A DNA stretch of 64,000 nucleotides from an uncultured Verrucomicrobiales bacterium (lineage in GTDB: Bacteria; Verrucomicrobiota; Verrucomicrobiia; Verrucomicrobiales; Akkermansiaceae): positions 11,657 to 75,656 of the forward strand of contig CASICJ010000020.1 in the NCBI GenBank assembly GCA_949373085.1. The letters run 5' to 3'. Under the pieces are notes generated by a model. That model saw nothing but the letters and a program-made list of their open reading frames with translations, did no database searches and was not told the DNA's origin. The translations under genes and the position numbers were made by a program. Position 1 is the stretch's first letter; each line of letters starts with the position of its first letter. Below, one piece after another: positions 1-10,257 of this stretch.

Positions 1-2
1 CC

Positions 3-1346
3 ATGATCGGGAAATGGCATCTCAAGGACGAGCCTGCCGATTTCGATTACTATTCGGTCTTGGCAGGACAGGGCTCTTACTTCAACCCTGAGTTCCGTAT
101 TCGGGGAGACAGGGCGTGGAAGAAAAATACCATCAAGTTCGAAGGACAGCACTCCACCGACGTCATTACAAATCTCACTCTCGACTGGTTAAAAGACGGA
201 TGGAATCAAGAAAAACCCTTCTTTCTAATGCATCACTACAAAGCCCCACACGATTACTTTGAAAACGCGCCTCGCTATGAAGGATTTTTGAAAAACATTA
301 AAGTCCCTGAGCCAGAAACCCTTTGGAAGCGCCACCCAAAATGGGGCTCAATCGCCACTCGAGGACATCGCGATGAACTCATTCCGCACATTGGCACTTC
401 AAACGGTTCTCGTAATCCCAGACGTAACTACCTTATCGATCTTCCTCCACGCTTTCCTGCAGAATTTCCCAGAAACTTCGATTCAAAAAATTACAACGAA
501 AAGGACAACACGCGCCTAGCTTACAATGCCTATCTTAAAAAATTCCTCCGTTGCGTAAGAGGCATCGATGATAACCTTGCCCGCCTTTTCAAGCACCTCG
601 AAGAAACCGGTCAGATGGACAACACCATCATTATCTACACTGGAGACCAAGGCTTCATGCTGGGCGAGCACGATTTCCAAGATAAGCGCTGGATGTATGA
701 GGAATCTCAGCGAATGCCCCTCCTTGTTCGCTACCCCAAGTCCATCAACCCTGGCACCGTGATTGATAGCTGCGTCGAGAACGTCGACTTCGGACCCACC
801 ATGCTTGACATGGCAGGTCTCAAAATCCCTTCTTCAATGCAGGGTAAATCGTTCAAAAAACACCTTGAAACGGGCAAGGAACCCGAGGGGTGGAAGCAAA
901 CCGCTTACTATCGCTACTGGATGCATATGGTTCACCACGACAACCCGGCGCACGTTGGAATTCGCACCAAGACGCACAAGCTAATTTACTTTTATGGCTG
1001 CAACTATGATGGGGGTTATCAAACCCCTCCCGGCTGGGAACTCTATGACCTAACGACGGACCCGCACGAAACAATCAACCTTTACGATGACCCTAATCAC
1101 GCCGAACTTGTCGCTGATCTCAAGAGACAGCTCGCCGAGACCAGAAAACGGGTCGGCGATGACGGATCACATTTCCCGGCTGCGGAAAAAGTGGTTCAGG
1201 AATTTTGGGACTACGATCTCAAGGATCGCCAAAAGGCACAGATGATCTCTCGAGAGTTCCTCAAACGCCGTGAACTAGAACTCAAGGCGGGAGAACGTAA
1301 CATCAAAACTCACCAAGGCTTTAAGGAAGCCAGCTATCCGGAATAG
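3..1346 (+). CDS. Sulfatase family protein, 5' end cut by the window edge
   Basis: The reading frame is open from the window start. Sulfatase signatures are present: GKWHL, YTGDQGFMLGEHD, and a C-terminal WELYDL..DPHE..NL. The catalytic Cys/Ser motif would lie upstream of the window. Confidence 0.85.
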   Translation: MIGKWHLKDEPADFDYYSVLAGQGSYFNPEFRIRGDRAWKKNTIKFEGQHSTDVITNLTLDWLKDGWNQEKPFFLMHHYKAPHDYFENAPRYEGFLKNIKVPEPETLWKRHPKWGSIATRGHRDELIPHIGTSNGSRNPRRNYLIDLPPRFPAEFPRNFDSKNYNEKDNTRLAYNAYLKKFLRCVRGIDDNLARLFKHLEETGQMDNTIIIYTGDQGFMLGEHDFQDKRWMYEESQRMPLLVRYPKSINPGTVIDSCVENVDFGPTMLDMAGLKIPSSMQGKSFKKHLETGKEPEGWKQTAYYRYWMHMVHHDNPAHVGIRTKTHKLIYFYGCNYDGGYQTPPGWELYDLTTDPHETINLYDDPNHAELVADLKRQLAETRKRVGDDGSHFPAAEKVVQEFWDYDLKDRQKAQMISREFLKRRELELKAGERNIKTHQGFKEASYPE

Positions 1347-1380
1347 AAAAAACCGCATCCTGCCGTGAGGCAAGATGCGG
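1347..1380 (-). terminator. Rho-independent terminator between convergent genes, with the U-tract on the minus strand
   Basis: Positions 1353-1380 form CCGCATCcTGCC-GTGA-GGCAaGATGCGG, 11 bp with one mismatch and a GTGA loop. It is flanked by A6 (1347-1352), which reads as U6 on the minus strand, downstream of the beta-barrel gene stop at 1417. Confidence 0.65.
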
Positions 1381-1416
1381 TAATGCTATAGAGCTGAGAA
1401 TTAAAATTCTAAATCT

Positions 1417-2235
1417 CTAGAAGCTGATTGCGAGAGAAGCCCCGTAGTAGACCTCAGTGTCGCCGCGATCAGCACCTGAGTTGGTGGTATCACGAGCGTC
1501 CTTGGAAATGTTAGCCGAAACGTATGGAGTTAAGCTTGCTGTTTCAGTCAAGGTCATTGGGAGTGCCAAGCTAATTAGCACGTGTGTCCAATCGTCAGAC
1601 TCATCACCCTCAAAGGTGTAGTAGCTATCCAGGCTGTAACCTGCTGTCAGGGAGAAATCGAGCCCGACACTCTCACTGAGTTCATAGCTCTTACTCACAC
1701 CAATTTCGCCATATGTCCCATCAATCGTGAGGTCACGACCAATCAGCACATGCCCTGAAAAACCACCAAGAATATCTTGAGAGTACTTCAAATTAAGTTC
1801 GTTAGCCTCGTCGTTACCAGCGATGCCAGTTCCGCGAACACCACCGCGAGAAGTTCCGGCAAAACCATCATAGAAACGGAAGTGAACGAACCCAAGATCC
1901 AAGGTGCCGCAGCCAAGGTCGTAAGAAAGAGCTGCACCGAGATTACCCTCAGAGTAGGAAAGGGCATCATCCATCACGTCGGTGTAGAATAAATTCACGC
2001 TACCTGTTAAGTTTGAAGCAAGTTCCTTCGAGAACGAAGCGTTAGTCCAAGTGGTTTCGTCACCGAACCAAAGGCCACGGTAGAAGTAGCGGCTATCCCA
2101 GCCGGCGGAAATTTCCCCGGAAACTTCACTCCCGATAAGGGACTCAACATCGGCAGATGCTTGAGAGGCACCAGCAACAAGTGCTAAGCCGAGGATTCCA
2201 AAGGTTGCTTGAGTATGTCTTTTCATTAGTTTCAC
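1417..2235 (-). CDS. Outer-membrane beta-barrel protein (TorF/Gcw_chp-like putative porin)
   Basis: N-terminal signal peptide (ALVAGASQASA). Alternating aromatic/Gly-rich strands. GWDSRYFYRGLWFGDE motif. The C-terminal residue is Phe (LAISF). Confidence 0.5.
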   Translation of the reverse strand: MKLMKRHTQATFGILGLALVAGASQASADVESLIGSEVSGEISAGWDSRYFYRGLWFGDETTWTNASFSKELASNLTGSVNLFYTDVMDDALSYSEGNLGAALSYDLGCGTLDLGFVHFRFYDGFAGTSRGGVRGTGIAGNDEANELNLKYSQDILGGFSGHVLIGRDLTIDGTYGEIGVSKSYELSESVGLDFSLTAGYSLDSYYTFEGDESDDWTHVLISLALPMTLTETASLTPYVSANISKDARDTTNSGADRGDTEVYYGASLAISF

Positions 2236-2495
2236 TTTTTTGGTTTAATAAAGCCTTTCAACGACGTTGAGCAATCGATGCCTGAGACTCTGATTACAAT
2301 CAGCGTTTTTTGTGCCAACTCTTTAAGATTCTCACAAATTGGTTAAGCGCCGTCAGGCTTTTCGGTCTTGATCTTAATGAGATGTCATTTGACTCACAAA
2401 TAAATTAAGATGTCTTATTAATAAATTTATACATCATATCTATGAATGGAATTCATAGATTTTCGGTGCACCCAGCGCTGAGTCGTCCACGATTA

Positions 2496-3974
2496 TTACT
2501 CGTATTCCCACTTCATAATCCAAGGATCGCCCGTGCGCCTCTGCTCGATTTTGAGACGGTCTTTATAGCTAGCCAGAACAGCTTCATGAACCGGTTCATT
2601 CGCTAAATTGCGACTTTCGTTGGGATCGGAAATAATATCGAAAAACTCAAACTCGGGGCGATTAATATACGAGTCCACCGTTCGCCCACCATAGTCCGCA
2701 TTCTTACCTTTCGACCACTGGGCCTGCCAGGTAGCAGCAATCCAAAGGTCCGATGCAAAAGGATAAGGCTGACGGTGCGCGATATTCCAAATCAATTTGT
2801 ATTTGCGGTCACGAATCACACGCATCGGATAATACATTTGGATTTCATGAAACGTATGTGAGGCCGAAACCTCGTCCCAACCCTCTGGCTTCGTTTCTTC
2901 AAGAATTGGCAGCCAAGAACGACCGTGATATTTAACAGGCCGTTTGCCTGCATTTTCGCCAACCCCAACTTTATCAAAGGGAAGCGGCTTGCTTGGCGCC
3001 GTTTTTTTCTGATTTAACGCACCTGCGAGATCTAAAATGGTCGGAGTCAGATCCGTGTGCGACAGCATCGCCTCATTGGTCCTTCCCTTCTTCTCTACTC
3101 CAGGATGACGAACCACAAACGGCACTCGCAGTCCCGCTTCATAGACCGTTGTCTTTGCTCCAGGAAATGCCATTCCGTGATCTGCCGTGTAAATGATGAC
3201 GGTATTGTCCCACTTGCCATTTTTCTTAAGAAGCTCAACCAGACGACCCAACCCTTGATCAATTCGCGAACACGATTGGTAGTAGTTGGCGATTTCGGCA
3301 CGCGACTCCGGAGTGTCGGGAAGAAATCCCGGCACAATCACTTTTCCCGGATCATAGAACACCTCTTCCACTCCTGGGTATGCCTTCTTTTTGGGAAGAT
3401 TACCGAACCGATCCGGCTTATGCTCTCCCGAAAAAGTTTGATCACGTCCACCTCCCCGATGGGGATCAGAAGTCGCGAAATACAAAAAGAAAGGCTTCTC
3501 GCTTTCGTCTTTGAAAACTGGCTTACAAACTTCCGCCATTTGGACCGCATTCCGGGGGTTTCCTTTTAGGTATTGATCAAAATGAAAAACCGATTCGGGT
3601 GCCACATGAAGTTTGCCAATCTGCACCGTGCGATAACCAGCCTGCGCCATCAGCTGAGGAAGTGCAAAAGCTCGCATTGACGGAAAAGACTCAAACTTAT
3701 GAAAGTTATGAGTGTGGCCATATTGTCCATTAAAGTGGTTGTGCAGCCCGGAAAGAATCACCGAACGAGAAGCCGAACAGGAGGCCGTTGTGGCAAAGGC
3801 CTGGGTAAACATTGTGCCTTCTTTGGCCAGCGCATCTAAGTGAGGCGTTTTAATCACAGAATTACCGTAACAGCCTGCTATCGGCGACTGATCATCGGTT
3901 ATGAATAGGATAACGTTCAGACGCTCCGCGCCAAAACCCGGTAAAATTAAAATCAGCGAAAGTAGAATACGCAT
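2496..3974 (-). CDS. Sulfatase (N-sulfoglucosamine sulfohydrolase-like) with a CSASR formylglycine motif
   Basis: Signal peptide. ITDDQ metal-binding motif. C-S-A-S-R-S..LSG at aa 66-70 (nt 3765-3779). Also GKLHV, YTADHG and DPNE..NL. Confidence 0.9.
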   Translation of the reverse strand: MRILLSLILILPGFGAERLNVILFITDDQSPIAGCYGNSVIKTPHLDALAKEGTMFTQAFATTASCSASRSVILSGLHNHFNGQYGHTHNFHKFESFPSMRAFALPQLMAQAGYRTVQIGKLHVAPESVFHFDQYLKGNPRNAVQMAEVCKPVFKDESEKPFFLYFATSDPHRGGGRDQTFSGEHKPDRFGNLPKKKAYPGVEEVFYDPGKVIVPGFLPDTPESRAEIANYYQSCSRIDQGLGRLVELLKKNGKWDNTVIIYTADHGMAFPGAKTTVYEAGLRVPFVVRHPGVEKKGRTNEAMLSHTDLTPTILDLAGALNQKKTAPSKPLPFDKVGVGENAGKRPVKYHGRSWLPILEETKPEGWDEVSASHTFHEIQMYYPMRVIRDRKYKLIWNIAHRQPYPFASDLWIAATWQAQWSKGKNADYGGRTVDSYINRPEFEFFDIISDPNESRNLANEPVHEAVLASYKDRLKIEQRRTGDPWIMKWEYE

Positions 3975-4047
3975 CCATAAGACTTGCCATCCTCACACCT
4001 CTCGTCAACACCCGAGAGTAATTTAGGCCGTTCTTATTTTCAGCTTC

Positions 4048-5508
4048 CTAAGCCAAAATATCTTTTACCACGTGCGCTTCCTCCACTCCCGTAAGGCGTT
4101 GGTCCAGCCCTTGATACTTAAAGGTGAGCTTGTTGTGATCGATGCCCAACTGGTGCAGGATCGTGGCATTCATGTCACGGATATGAACAGGATTTTCGAC
4201 GATGTTGTAGCTGTGATCATCAGTCTTTCCATACTCGAACCCGCGTTTTACTCCGGCACCAGCCATCCACATTGAGAAGCATCGCCCATGGTGATCACGG
4301 CCATGATTATCTTTGGTCAGCTTACCTTGAGAATAGATAGTACGTCCAAATTCACCACCGAAGACGACGAGGGTGTCGTCGAGCATGCCTCGCTGATCAA
4401 GGTCTTTGAGCAGAGCGGCAGCCGGTTGGTCGATGTCCTCGCATTGCTGCCGGATTTTCGATGGCAGAGCGCCATGCTGATCCCAGCCACGGTGGAAAAG
4501 TTGAATATATCGAACTCCTTTTTCAGCCATCCGCCGAGCCAAAAGGCAGTTCCGAGCAAAGCTTCCAGGCTTATCAGTTTGAGGACCATATAGCTCCTTC
4601 ACGTGATCCGGTTCGCCTTCAATATCCATGAGGCCGGGCACTTCGGACTGCATGCGAAAAGCCAGCTCATATTGCGAGATCCGAGCCTGAATTTCTGGGT
4701 CCGCAAACTTATCATAATTCAACTCATTGAGTTGCTCGAGACTATCGAGCTGGCCACGGCGGGCATCACGATCGAAGCCCTTTGGGTTCTTGAGGTACAA
4801 GACCGGTTCCCCAGCACTGCGAAGCTTCACGCCTTGATGTTTTGCCGGAAGGAAACCACTCCCCCAAAGACGATCGTAAAGTGCCTGAAGCTGACCGCGG
4901 CCGCGCGAAATCATCACAACATATCCGGGCATGTTTTCATTCACCGAACCCATTCCATAACTCAACCAAGCACCCATTGAAGGTTTCCCCTGTTGCTGGG
5001 CTCCAGTGTTGATGAAAGTGATGGCTGGATCATGATTCACCGCTTCAGTGTGAAGCGACTTTATGATGGTGATCTTATCAACGACCCCCGCAGTGTGCGG
5101 CAGAAGATCCTTGTTCACCCAAGTTTGATGTTCGCCATACTGCCCAAACTCGAACATGGGAGCGACACAGGGGAAGGATTTCTGCCCGCTCGACATCCCA
5201 GTAAGACGCTGATCTTGGCGCACCGAATCAGGGAGCTCCGTGCCGTGAAGCTTCCGCTGGATGGGCTTGTAATCGAAGAGGTCAATATGACTCGGCCCTC
5301 CAGCCATGAACATATAAATGACACGCTTCGCCTTCCCGGGAAAATGAGGAATACTAGGCAATCCACCATATTGCTGCATCCCCTCGCCCATCGCTGAGCC
5401 GATAAGGGACGGGTTCAACATGGTGCTTAGAGCTGCCGCGCCGATCCCATTTCCCGTACGAAGAAGAAACTGACGGCGGGTTTCAAGAAGAGGATTAAAA
5501 GGTTGCAT
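4048..5508 (-). CDS. DUF1501 domain protein (sulfatase-like fold, Tat signal)
   Basis: N-terminal [17 protein letters not shown] twin-arginine signal. Typical DUF1501 blocks: [26 protein letters not shown]. Confidence 0.9.
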   Translation of the reverse strand: MQPFNPLLETRRQFLLRTGNGIGAAALSTMLNPSLIGSAMGEGMQQYGGLPSIPHFPGKAKRVIYMFMAGGPSHIDLFDYKPIQRKLHGTELPDSVRQDQRLTGMSSGQKSFPCVAPMFEFGQYGEHQTWVNKDLLPHTAGVVDKITIIKSLHTEAVNHDPAITFINTGAQQQGKPSMGAWLSYGMGSVNENMPGYVVMISRGRGQLQALYDRLWGSGFLPAKHQGVKLRSAGEPVLYLKNPKGFDRDARRGQLDSLEQLNELNYDKFADPEIQARISQYELAFRMQSEVPGLMDIEGEPDHVKELYGPQTDKPGSFARNCLLARRMAEKGVRYIQLFHRGWDQHGALPSKIRQQCEDIDQPAAALLKDLDQRGMLDDTLVVFGGEFGRTIYSQGKLTKDNHGRDHHGRCFSMWMAGAGVKRGFEYGKTDDHSYNIVENPVHIRDMNATILHQLGIDHNKLTFKYQGLDQRLTGVEEAHVVKDILA

Positions 5509-5531
5509 GGCTTTATAATTCGGGTGAGCGA

Positions 5532-8500
5532 CTAATTACGGGTGAGCGACTCGTCGAGGTTCATAATGGTTTGGGCAACGACCATCCAGGCGGCATGCTC
5601 AGATGCGTCAAAAGATTCGTCACGGGGCGACTCTCCCACTTTGAGGAATTCCTTGGCGGTCTCAGGAGCCGATTGGAAACGTGCCAGATTTTCTTGATAA
5701 AGCTTGGTGAGAATTTTGACTTCCCTCCCAGTGGCTAACCGGGCGGTCGCATAACGATAAGCGAGATCAATTCGGTCTGCCGGGCCGCTCTTGTCAGATT
5801 TGAGCAAGCGTTCGGCGAAAGCACGGGCCGCTTCCAGAAACTGCGGATCATTGAGAGTCACAAGGGCCTGAAGAGGGGTGTTGGTCCGCTGACGCTGGAT
5901 GACACATTTTTCACGACTCGGTGAATCAAAAATTAACATATTCGGCATGGGTGAACTGCGCTTCCAATACGTATACATCGAGCGTCGATAAAGTTTATCG
6001 CCCTTGTCCTGTGCGTACCGAAGTCCACCATTGAGGCTGACCTCATTCCAGATGTTCGCTGGCTGATAAGGCTTCACCCCGGGGCCCCCAACCATTGGAT
6101 TCAACAAGCCACTGACCACGAGAGCATGATCGCGAATAAATTCACCCTGAAGGCGAAACCGAGGTGCGCGGGCTAAAAGTTCATTTTCGGAATCTTTCTC
6201 ACGGTGCATCGACTCAATCTTTGAGCTTCTCCGGTAGGTTTTCGATGTCACGAGCTGCTTAAGCATGCGCTTCACGTCCCATCCACTTTCCATAAAGTCC
6301 ACCGCAAGCCAATCGAGCAATCCAGGATGAGTTGGTGGTGTGCTTTGTGCGCCAAAGTCACCAACCGAACGAACTAAGCCTTCGCCGAACAGCATCATCC
6401 AGTAGCGATTCACAGCAACCCTCGCAGTGAGCGGATGAGAAGGCTGAGTCAGCCACTGAGCAAGTCCCAGCCGGTTTGCAGGCGCGCCATCCGGCAGAGG
6501 AGGCAGAGCTTTAGGAACCGCAGCCGTAATGACTTCTTCCTTCTTGGGCGAATCATAAGCACCGCGATCAAGCACGTAGGTCATCCGCATTTTATTGGGA
6601 GGATTATCCTGCATGATCATCGAGGTGACCGGTTTGCGATTTAAATCAGAACGTTGTTTTTCGAGTTTTGCCTTATCCGCAATTAGGCCCTTAAAGGCCT
6701 TGTCCTGACTGGCCAAATAGCGAGCGAGAAGGATTTGGTTATCGCCCGGTGTGCGATCCTTGGTCGCAGCGGCAAGGATCTCCTGAACCGGATCACCTCC
6801 CGCGGCGGCGGCAAGTTCATCCTCCCTCAACGCCCGGCTGTATACGCGGAGATCGTCAACCTCGCCTTTCCAGTTCGCGCTAGTCGAACGACTTCCGATG
6901 CGCAGCGGTTGGCTGGTTTTGATCGTCCCTTTGAGAGTGTCCACTTGCACCTGGTTGGTCGCAAGCCTGCCATCAATGAAGATCTTCAAACCTGAGGCCT
7001 TTTGTTTCCCGTCGTAGGTCAAAACGACATGCTGCCATTCATTCGGCTTTAGAGTCTCATTCGTAACCACCTTGAGGGCATTTTCCTGCCAACTATTTAC
7101 GATGTGTGTTCCTATCTTCCCGCCTTCCATCCAGAGGTCAAACCCCCGAAAACTCGCCTTATCATCCATCTTGGAAAGGATGGCACCGGTCGGTTTCCCA
7201 TTCGGCTTAATCCAACCGGAGATACTGAATGGCAGATTGAATTCTACGTTCACCGGAGTATCGAATTTAAACTGCGTGCCTCCATTCAATTTGAGAGCCT
7301 TAGAAGTCTCGCGATCAGAGACTTCAAATTTTCCTTTCTCGGCCACAGCGGCTGAGCCTGTGAGTTCATCGCGAAAGTCTTTTGCCGAATCATTGATGGG
7401 AAACCAATGAACTAATCCCTCCGGTTGCTTCGTACCCCGGCTCTTACGCGCTTCCTCTGATTTTTTAGTAATCCACCCTTGAAATTCTGGGCTCTTGGCC
7501 GCAGTGGTGCGATAATCTTCAATCTCCTGATCAGAGGCAGTCACCTGTTTATGTAACTCCGCAAGACGCTTCAGGTGCGCCTCATCGGGCACCTCCACGA
7601 ACGGGGCCTGGTTTCCATTTCTGGTCTGCATTCCCGGGTCAGTGGTGTTATTAAAAAACGCGAAAAACTGGTAATATTCTTTTTGAGAAATTGGATCGTA
7701 TTTGTGGTCGTGGCATTGGGCACACTCCATAGTGAGCCCCATCCAGACATTTGCGGTGGTTTGAACACGATCTGCAACATACTCAACCCGCAACTCTTCG
7801 GCGAATGCCCCTCCCTCATCGCTCGTTGCATGATTACGATTGAACCCCGATGCAACCTTCTGGGAAACAGTGGCCTCGGGAAGAAGATCGCCAGCAATTT
7901 GCTCAATCGTAAATTGATCAAAAGGCATATTGCTGTTGTAAGCCTTGATAATCCAATCGCGCCAAGGCCACATGAAGCGGGGCCCATCGGCATGCATCAC
8001 ACTGGAGTCGCCATAGCGTGCGGCGTCCATCCAAGCCAAGGCCATCCGCTCACCGTAAGCTTTCGAAGCGAGGAGACGATCAACTAATTTTGGGTAAGCT
8101 TCCGGTGACCTGTCAGCGATAAATTGCTCCACTTCTTCCGGAGTTGGAGGCAAGCCGGTGAGATCAAGCGTGACACGGCGAATTTGGGTTCGTCGATCAG
8201 CTTCCGGTTGTGGCTTGAGACCGGCCTCCCCGATCCGTTTATCGATAAAGTGGTCGAGCGAGTTCACCGCATCATCGCTCCTTGGCGAAACTAGGGACCA
8301 GTGATCATCATATTCCGCACCTTCCGCGATCCAGGTTTCGAGGATCTGGATCTGCTTTGGAGTCAAAGTTTTGTTGGACTCGGGTGGAGGCATTAGGTCG
8401 TCGGGATCAGCCGTCTTGAGGCGCTTGACGATCTCGCTCTTTGCGACATCTCCTGGAGAAAGAACTCCGGCATCCAGCGCATCCTCTCGATCGTCGAGGC

Positions 8501-8639
8501 GCAAGTCGCCTTTCGTTTCACCCGGCCCGTGACATTTAAAGCAGGTATCCGAAAGGATCGGGCGCACGTCACGATTAAAATCGATCGTTCCAGCGGACAA
8601 AACGCCTGGAAAGAAAGCCAAAATGAAGAGTTTTTTCAT
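5532..8639 (-). CDS. PSCyt (planctomycete cytochrome c) / DUF1549 / LamG / DUF1553 protein
   Basis: Signal peptide. CFKCHGP haem-like motif near the N-terminus. DUF1549-like block ([14 protein letters not shown]). [12 protein letters not shown] central LamG-like insert ([10 protein letters not shown]). C-terminal DUF1553 block. It lies immediately upstream of the DUF1501 gene. Confidence 0.9.
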   Translation of the reverse strand: MKKLFILAFFPGVLSAGTIDFNRDVRPILSDTCFKCHGPGETKGDLRLDDREDALDAGVLSPGDVAKSEIVKRLKTADPDDLMPPPESNKTLTPKQIQILETWIAEGAEYDDHWSLVSPRSDDAVNSLDHFIDKRIGEAGLKPQPEADRRTQIRRVTLDLTGLPPTPEEVEQFIADRSPEAYPKLVDRLLASKAYGERMALAWMDAARYGDSSVMHADGPRFMWPWRDWIIKAYNSNMPFDQFTIEQIAGDLLPEATVSQKVASGFNRNHATSDEGGAFAEELRVEYVADRVQTTANVWMGLTMECAQCHDHKYDPISQKEYYQFFAFFNNTTDPGMQTRNGNQAPFVEVPDEAHLKRLAELHKQVTASDQEIEDYRTTAAKSPEFQGWITKKSEEARKSRGTKQPEGLVHWFPINDSAKDFRDELTGSAAVAEKGKFEVSDRETSKALKLNGGTQFKFDTPVNVEFNLPFSISGWIKPNGKPTGAILSKMDDKASFRGFDLWMEGGKIGTHIVNSWQENALKVVTNETLKPNEWQHVVLTYDGKQKASGLKIFIDGRLATNQVQVDTLKGTIKTSQPLRIGSRSTSANWKGEVDDLRVYSRALREDELAAAAGGDPVQEILAAATKDRTPGDNQILLARYLASQDKAFKGLIADKAKLEKQRSDLNRKPVTSMIMQDNPPNKMRMTYVLDRGAYDSPKKEEVITAAVPKALPPLPDGAPANRLGLAQWLTQPSHPLTARVAVNRYWMMLFGEGLVRSVGDFGAQSTPPTHPGLLDWLAVDFMESGWDVKRMLKQLVTSKTYRRSSKIESMHREKDSENELLARAPRFRLQGEFIRDHALVVSGLLNPMVGGPGVKPYQPANIWNEVSLNGGLRYAQDKGDKLYRRSMYTYWKRSSPMPNMLIFDSPSREKCVIQRQRTNTPLQALVTLNDPQFLEAARAFAERLLKSDKSGPADRIDLAYRYATARLATGREVKILTKLYQENLARFQSAPETAKEFLKVGESPRDESFDASEHAAWMVVAQTIMNLDESLTRN

Positions 8640-8889
8640 AACTTAGAACTGCAGGAAGTTTCATTGACCATCATCTCCATAGTTTAGCACAGAGTGGCGA
8701 AAGCAGACTTCCAATTATAAAACGAAAACCAAGCCGAAAGTCTTGCGGTTTCGCTACAATAGTTTTCCGGTAAAATACTCACGACCGACTAAATCTGCCG
8801 AGACATCAGGGTTTTGGTGTCTACTTGGGTAGCTTACAAACGAAATCAACAGATATTCATCTGCTTGAAATAACGCGTCACCCCTGCCC

Positions 8890-10173
8890 CTACCATTTCG
8901 CGACCACTTGTTCGATGACATCGAGAGTATCGTCGATGTCACCTCTAGTGTGAGCCGCTGAAATAAAACCGGTTTCGTATGGACTTGGGGCCAAATAAAC
9001 CCCGGCTTCGAGACATCCCCAGAAGAGCTTCTTAAAAGTCTCAAAATCCTGCTTTTGCACAGTTTCGACATTCACGATCTCCTCGTCCACGAAATAGAGG
9101 CAAAACATTGAACCCACTTGGTTCACGCGATGAGGCATACCCTTCTCAGTGAAAATTCTTCGGAGCCCATCCGCCATTTGAGCCCCGATATCCGCGAGAT
9201 AATTGTAAGCACCTTTTTGTTCAAGTTCGCGGAGCTGAGTCAGGCCCGCTGTCATCGCAAGGGGGTTTCCGCTTAAAGTTCCGGCCTGATAAACGGGGCC
9301 ATCCGGAGCGAGCATATCCATAATGTCAGCGCGTCCCCCGAATGCCCCAACCGGAAGTCCACCTCCAATCACCTTGCCCATAGCGGTGAGGTCAGGGTCA
9401 AAGTTCTCAAGCTCCTGCACTCCACCTTTAGCTAAGCGAAAACCCGTCATAACCTCATCGAAGATGACGAGCGCTCCGTTTGCTTTGGTGATCTCACGAA
9501 GCTTTGTCAGATATCCTTCACGCGGAAAAACGAGGCCAGCATTGGCAGGGTAAGATTCAACAATGATGGCCGCAATCTGCTCCCCGAACTGCGCAAAAAC
9601 CTCTTCAAGGCGCTCAACATCATTGTAAGGTAAAGTGATCGTCTCATTCGCGAAAGACTTCGGAACCCCTGCTGAATCAGGCTCTCCAAAAGTCAGCGCG
9701 CCCGATCCCGCCGCCACCAGCAAAGAGTCAGCATGACCATGGTAACAACCCTCAAATTTCACGATCTTATCCCGCCCCGTGAAGCCGCGGGCCAGACGGA
9801 TCGCCGACATCGTAGCTTCCGTTCCTGAGTTCACCATTCGCACCTTCTCAACCGATGGAACCCACTCTGTAATAAGCTGGGCCATTTCGACTTCCTTGGG
9901 GTTAGGAATCCCGTAAGAGATACCATCTTTAGCAGCCTGGTGGATCGCCCCGATGATAGAATTTGGAGCGTGCCCGAGAATATTAGGGCCCCATGAACCA
10001 ATGTAGTCGATCAAAGAATTGCCATCAACATCTTCAATGCGAGCCCCTTTGGCACGCCGCACAAAAAAGGGATCACCGTCGACATTCCGAAAAGCTCTCA
10101 CCGGCGAATTCACCCCACCGGGAATCACAGTCTTAGCCTTGGCGAAAAGCTTCTGAGAAAGTGTCTCGTTCAT
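8890..10173 (-). CDS. hemL: Glutamate-1-semialdehyde 2,1-aminomutase
   Basis: Full-length match to the HemL pattern: IPGGVNSPVRAF, EGCYHGH, FDEVMTGFR. The ATG at 10173 (MNETLSQ) is preferred over the longer ORF start at 10221. Confidence 0.95.
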   Translation of the reverse strand: MNETLSQKLFAKAKTVIPGGVNSPVRAFRNVDGDPFFVRRAKGARIEDVDGNSLIDYIGSWGPNILGHAPNSIIGAIHQAAKDGISYGIPNPKEVEMAQLITEWVPSVEKVRMVNSGTEATMSAIRLARGFTGRDKIVKFEGCYHGHADSLLVAAGSGALTFGEPDSAGVPKSFANETITLPYNDVERLEEVFAQFGEQIAAIIVESYPANAGLVFPREGYLTKLREITKANGALVIFDEVMTGFRLAKGGVQELENFDPDLTAMGKVIGGGLPVGAFGGRADIMDMLAPDGPVYQAGTLSGNPLAMTAGLTQLRELEQKGAYNYLADIGAQMADGLRRIFTEKGMPHRVNQVGSMFCLYFVDEEIVNVETVQKQDFETFKKLFWGCLEAGVYLAPSPYETGFISAAHTRGDIDDTLDVIEQVVAKW

Positions 10174-10257
10174 GGAGAGAAGTTGGCGCAAGACCCGCCC
10201 GAAAAAAAGCCCCGAAATCAAAAGACCTCCTCGGTCTCGCTTGAAGTGGAAAAGATC

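Noticed and set aside
8848-8865. Hairpin AGCAGAT-gaat-ATCTGTT downstream of hemL
   Set aside because: The stem is only 7 bp with a G-U pair, and the trailing tract is interrupted. That is too weak to report as a terminator.
8754-9071. 105-aa ORF overlapping the 3' end of hemL
   Set aside because: It overlaps the highly conserved hemL C-terminus in another frame and shows no motif. It is treated as noise.
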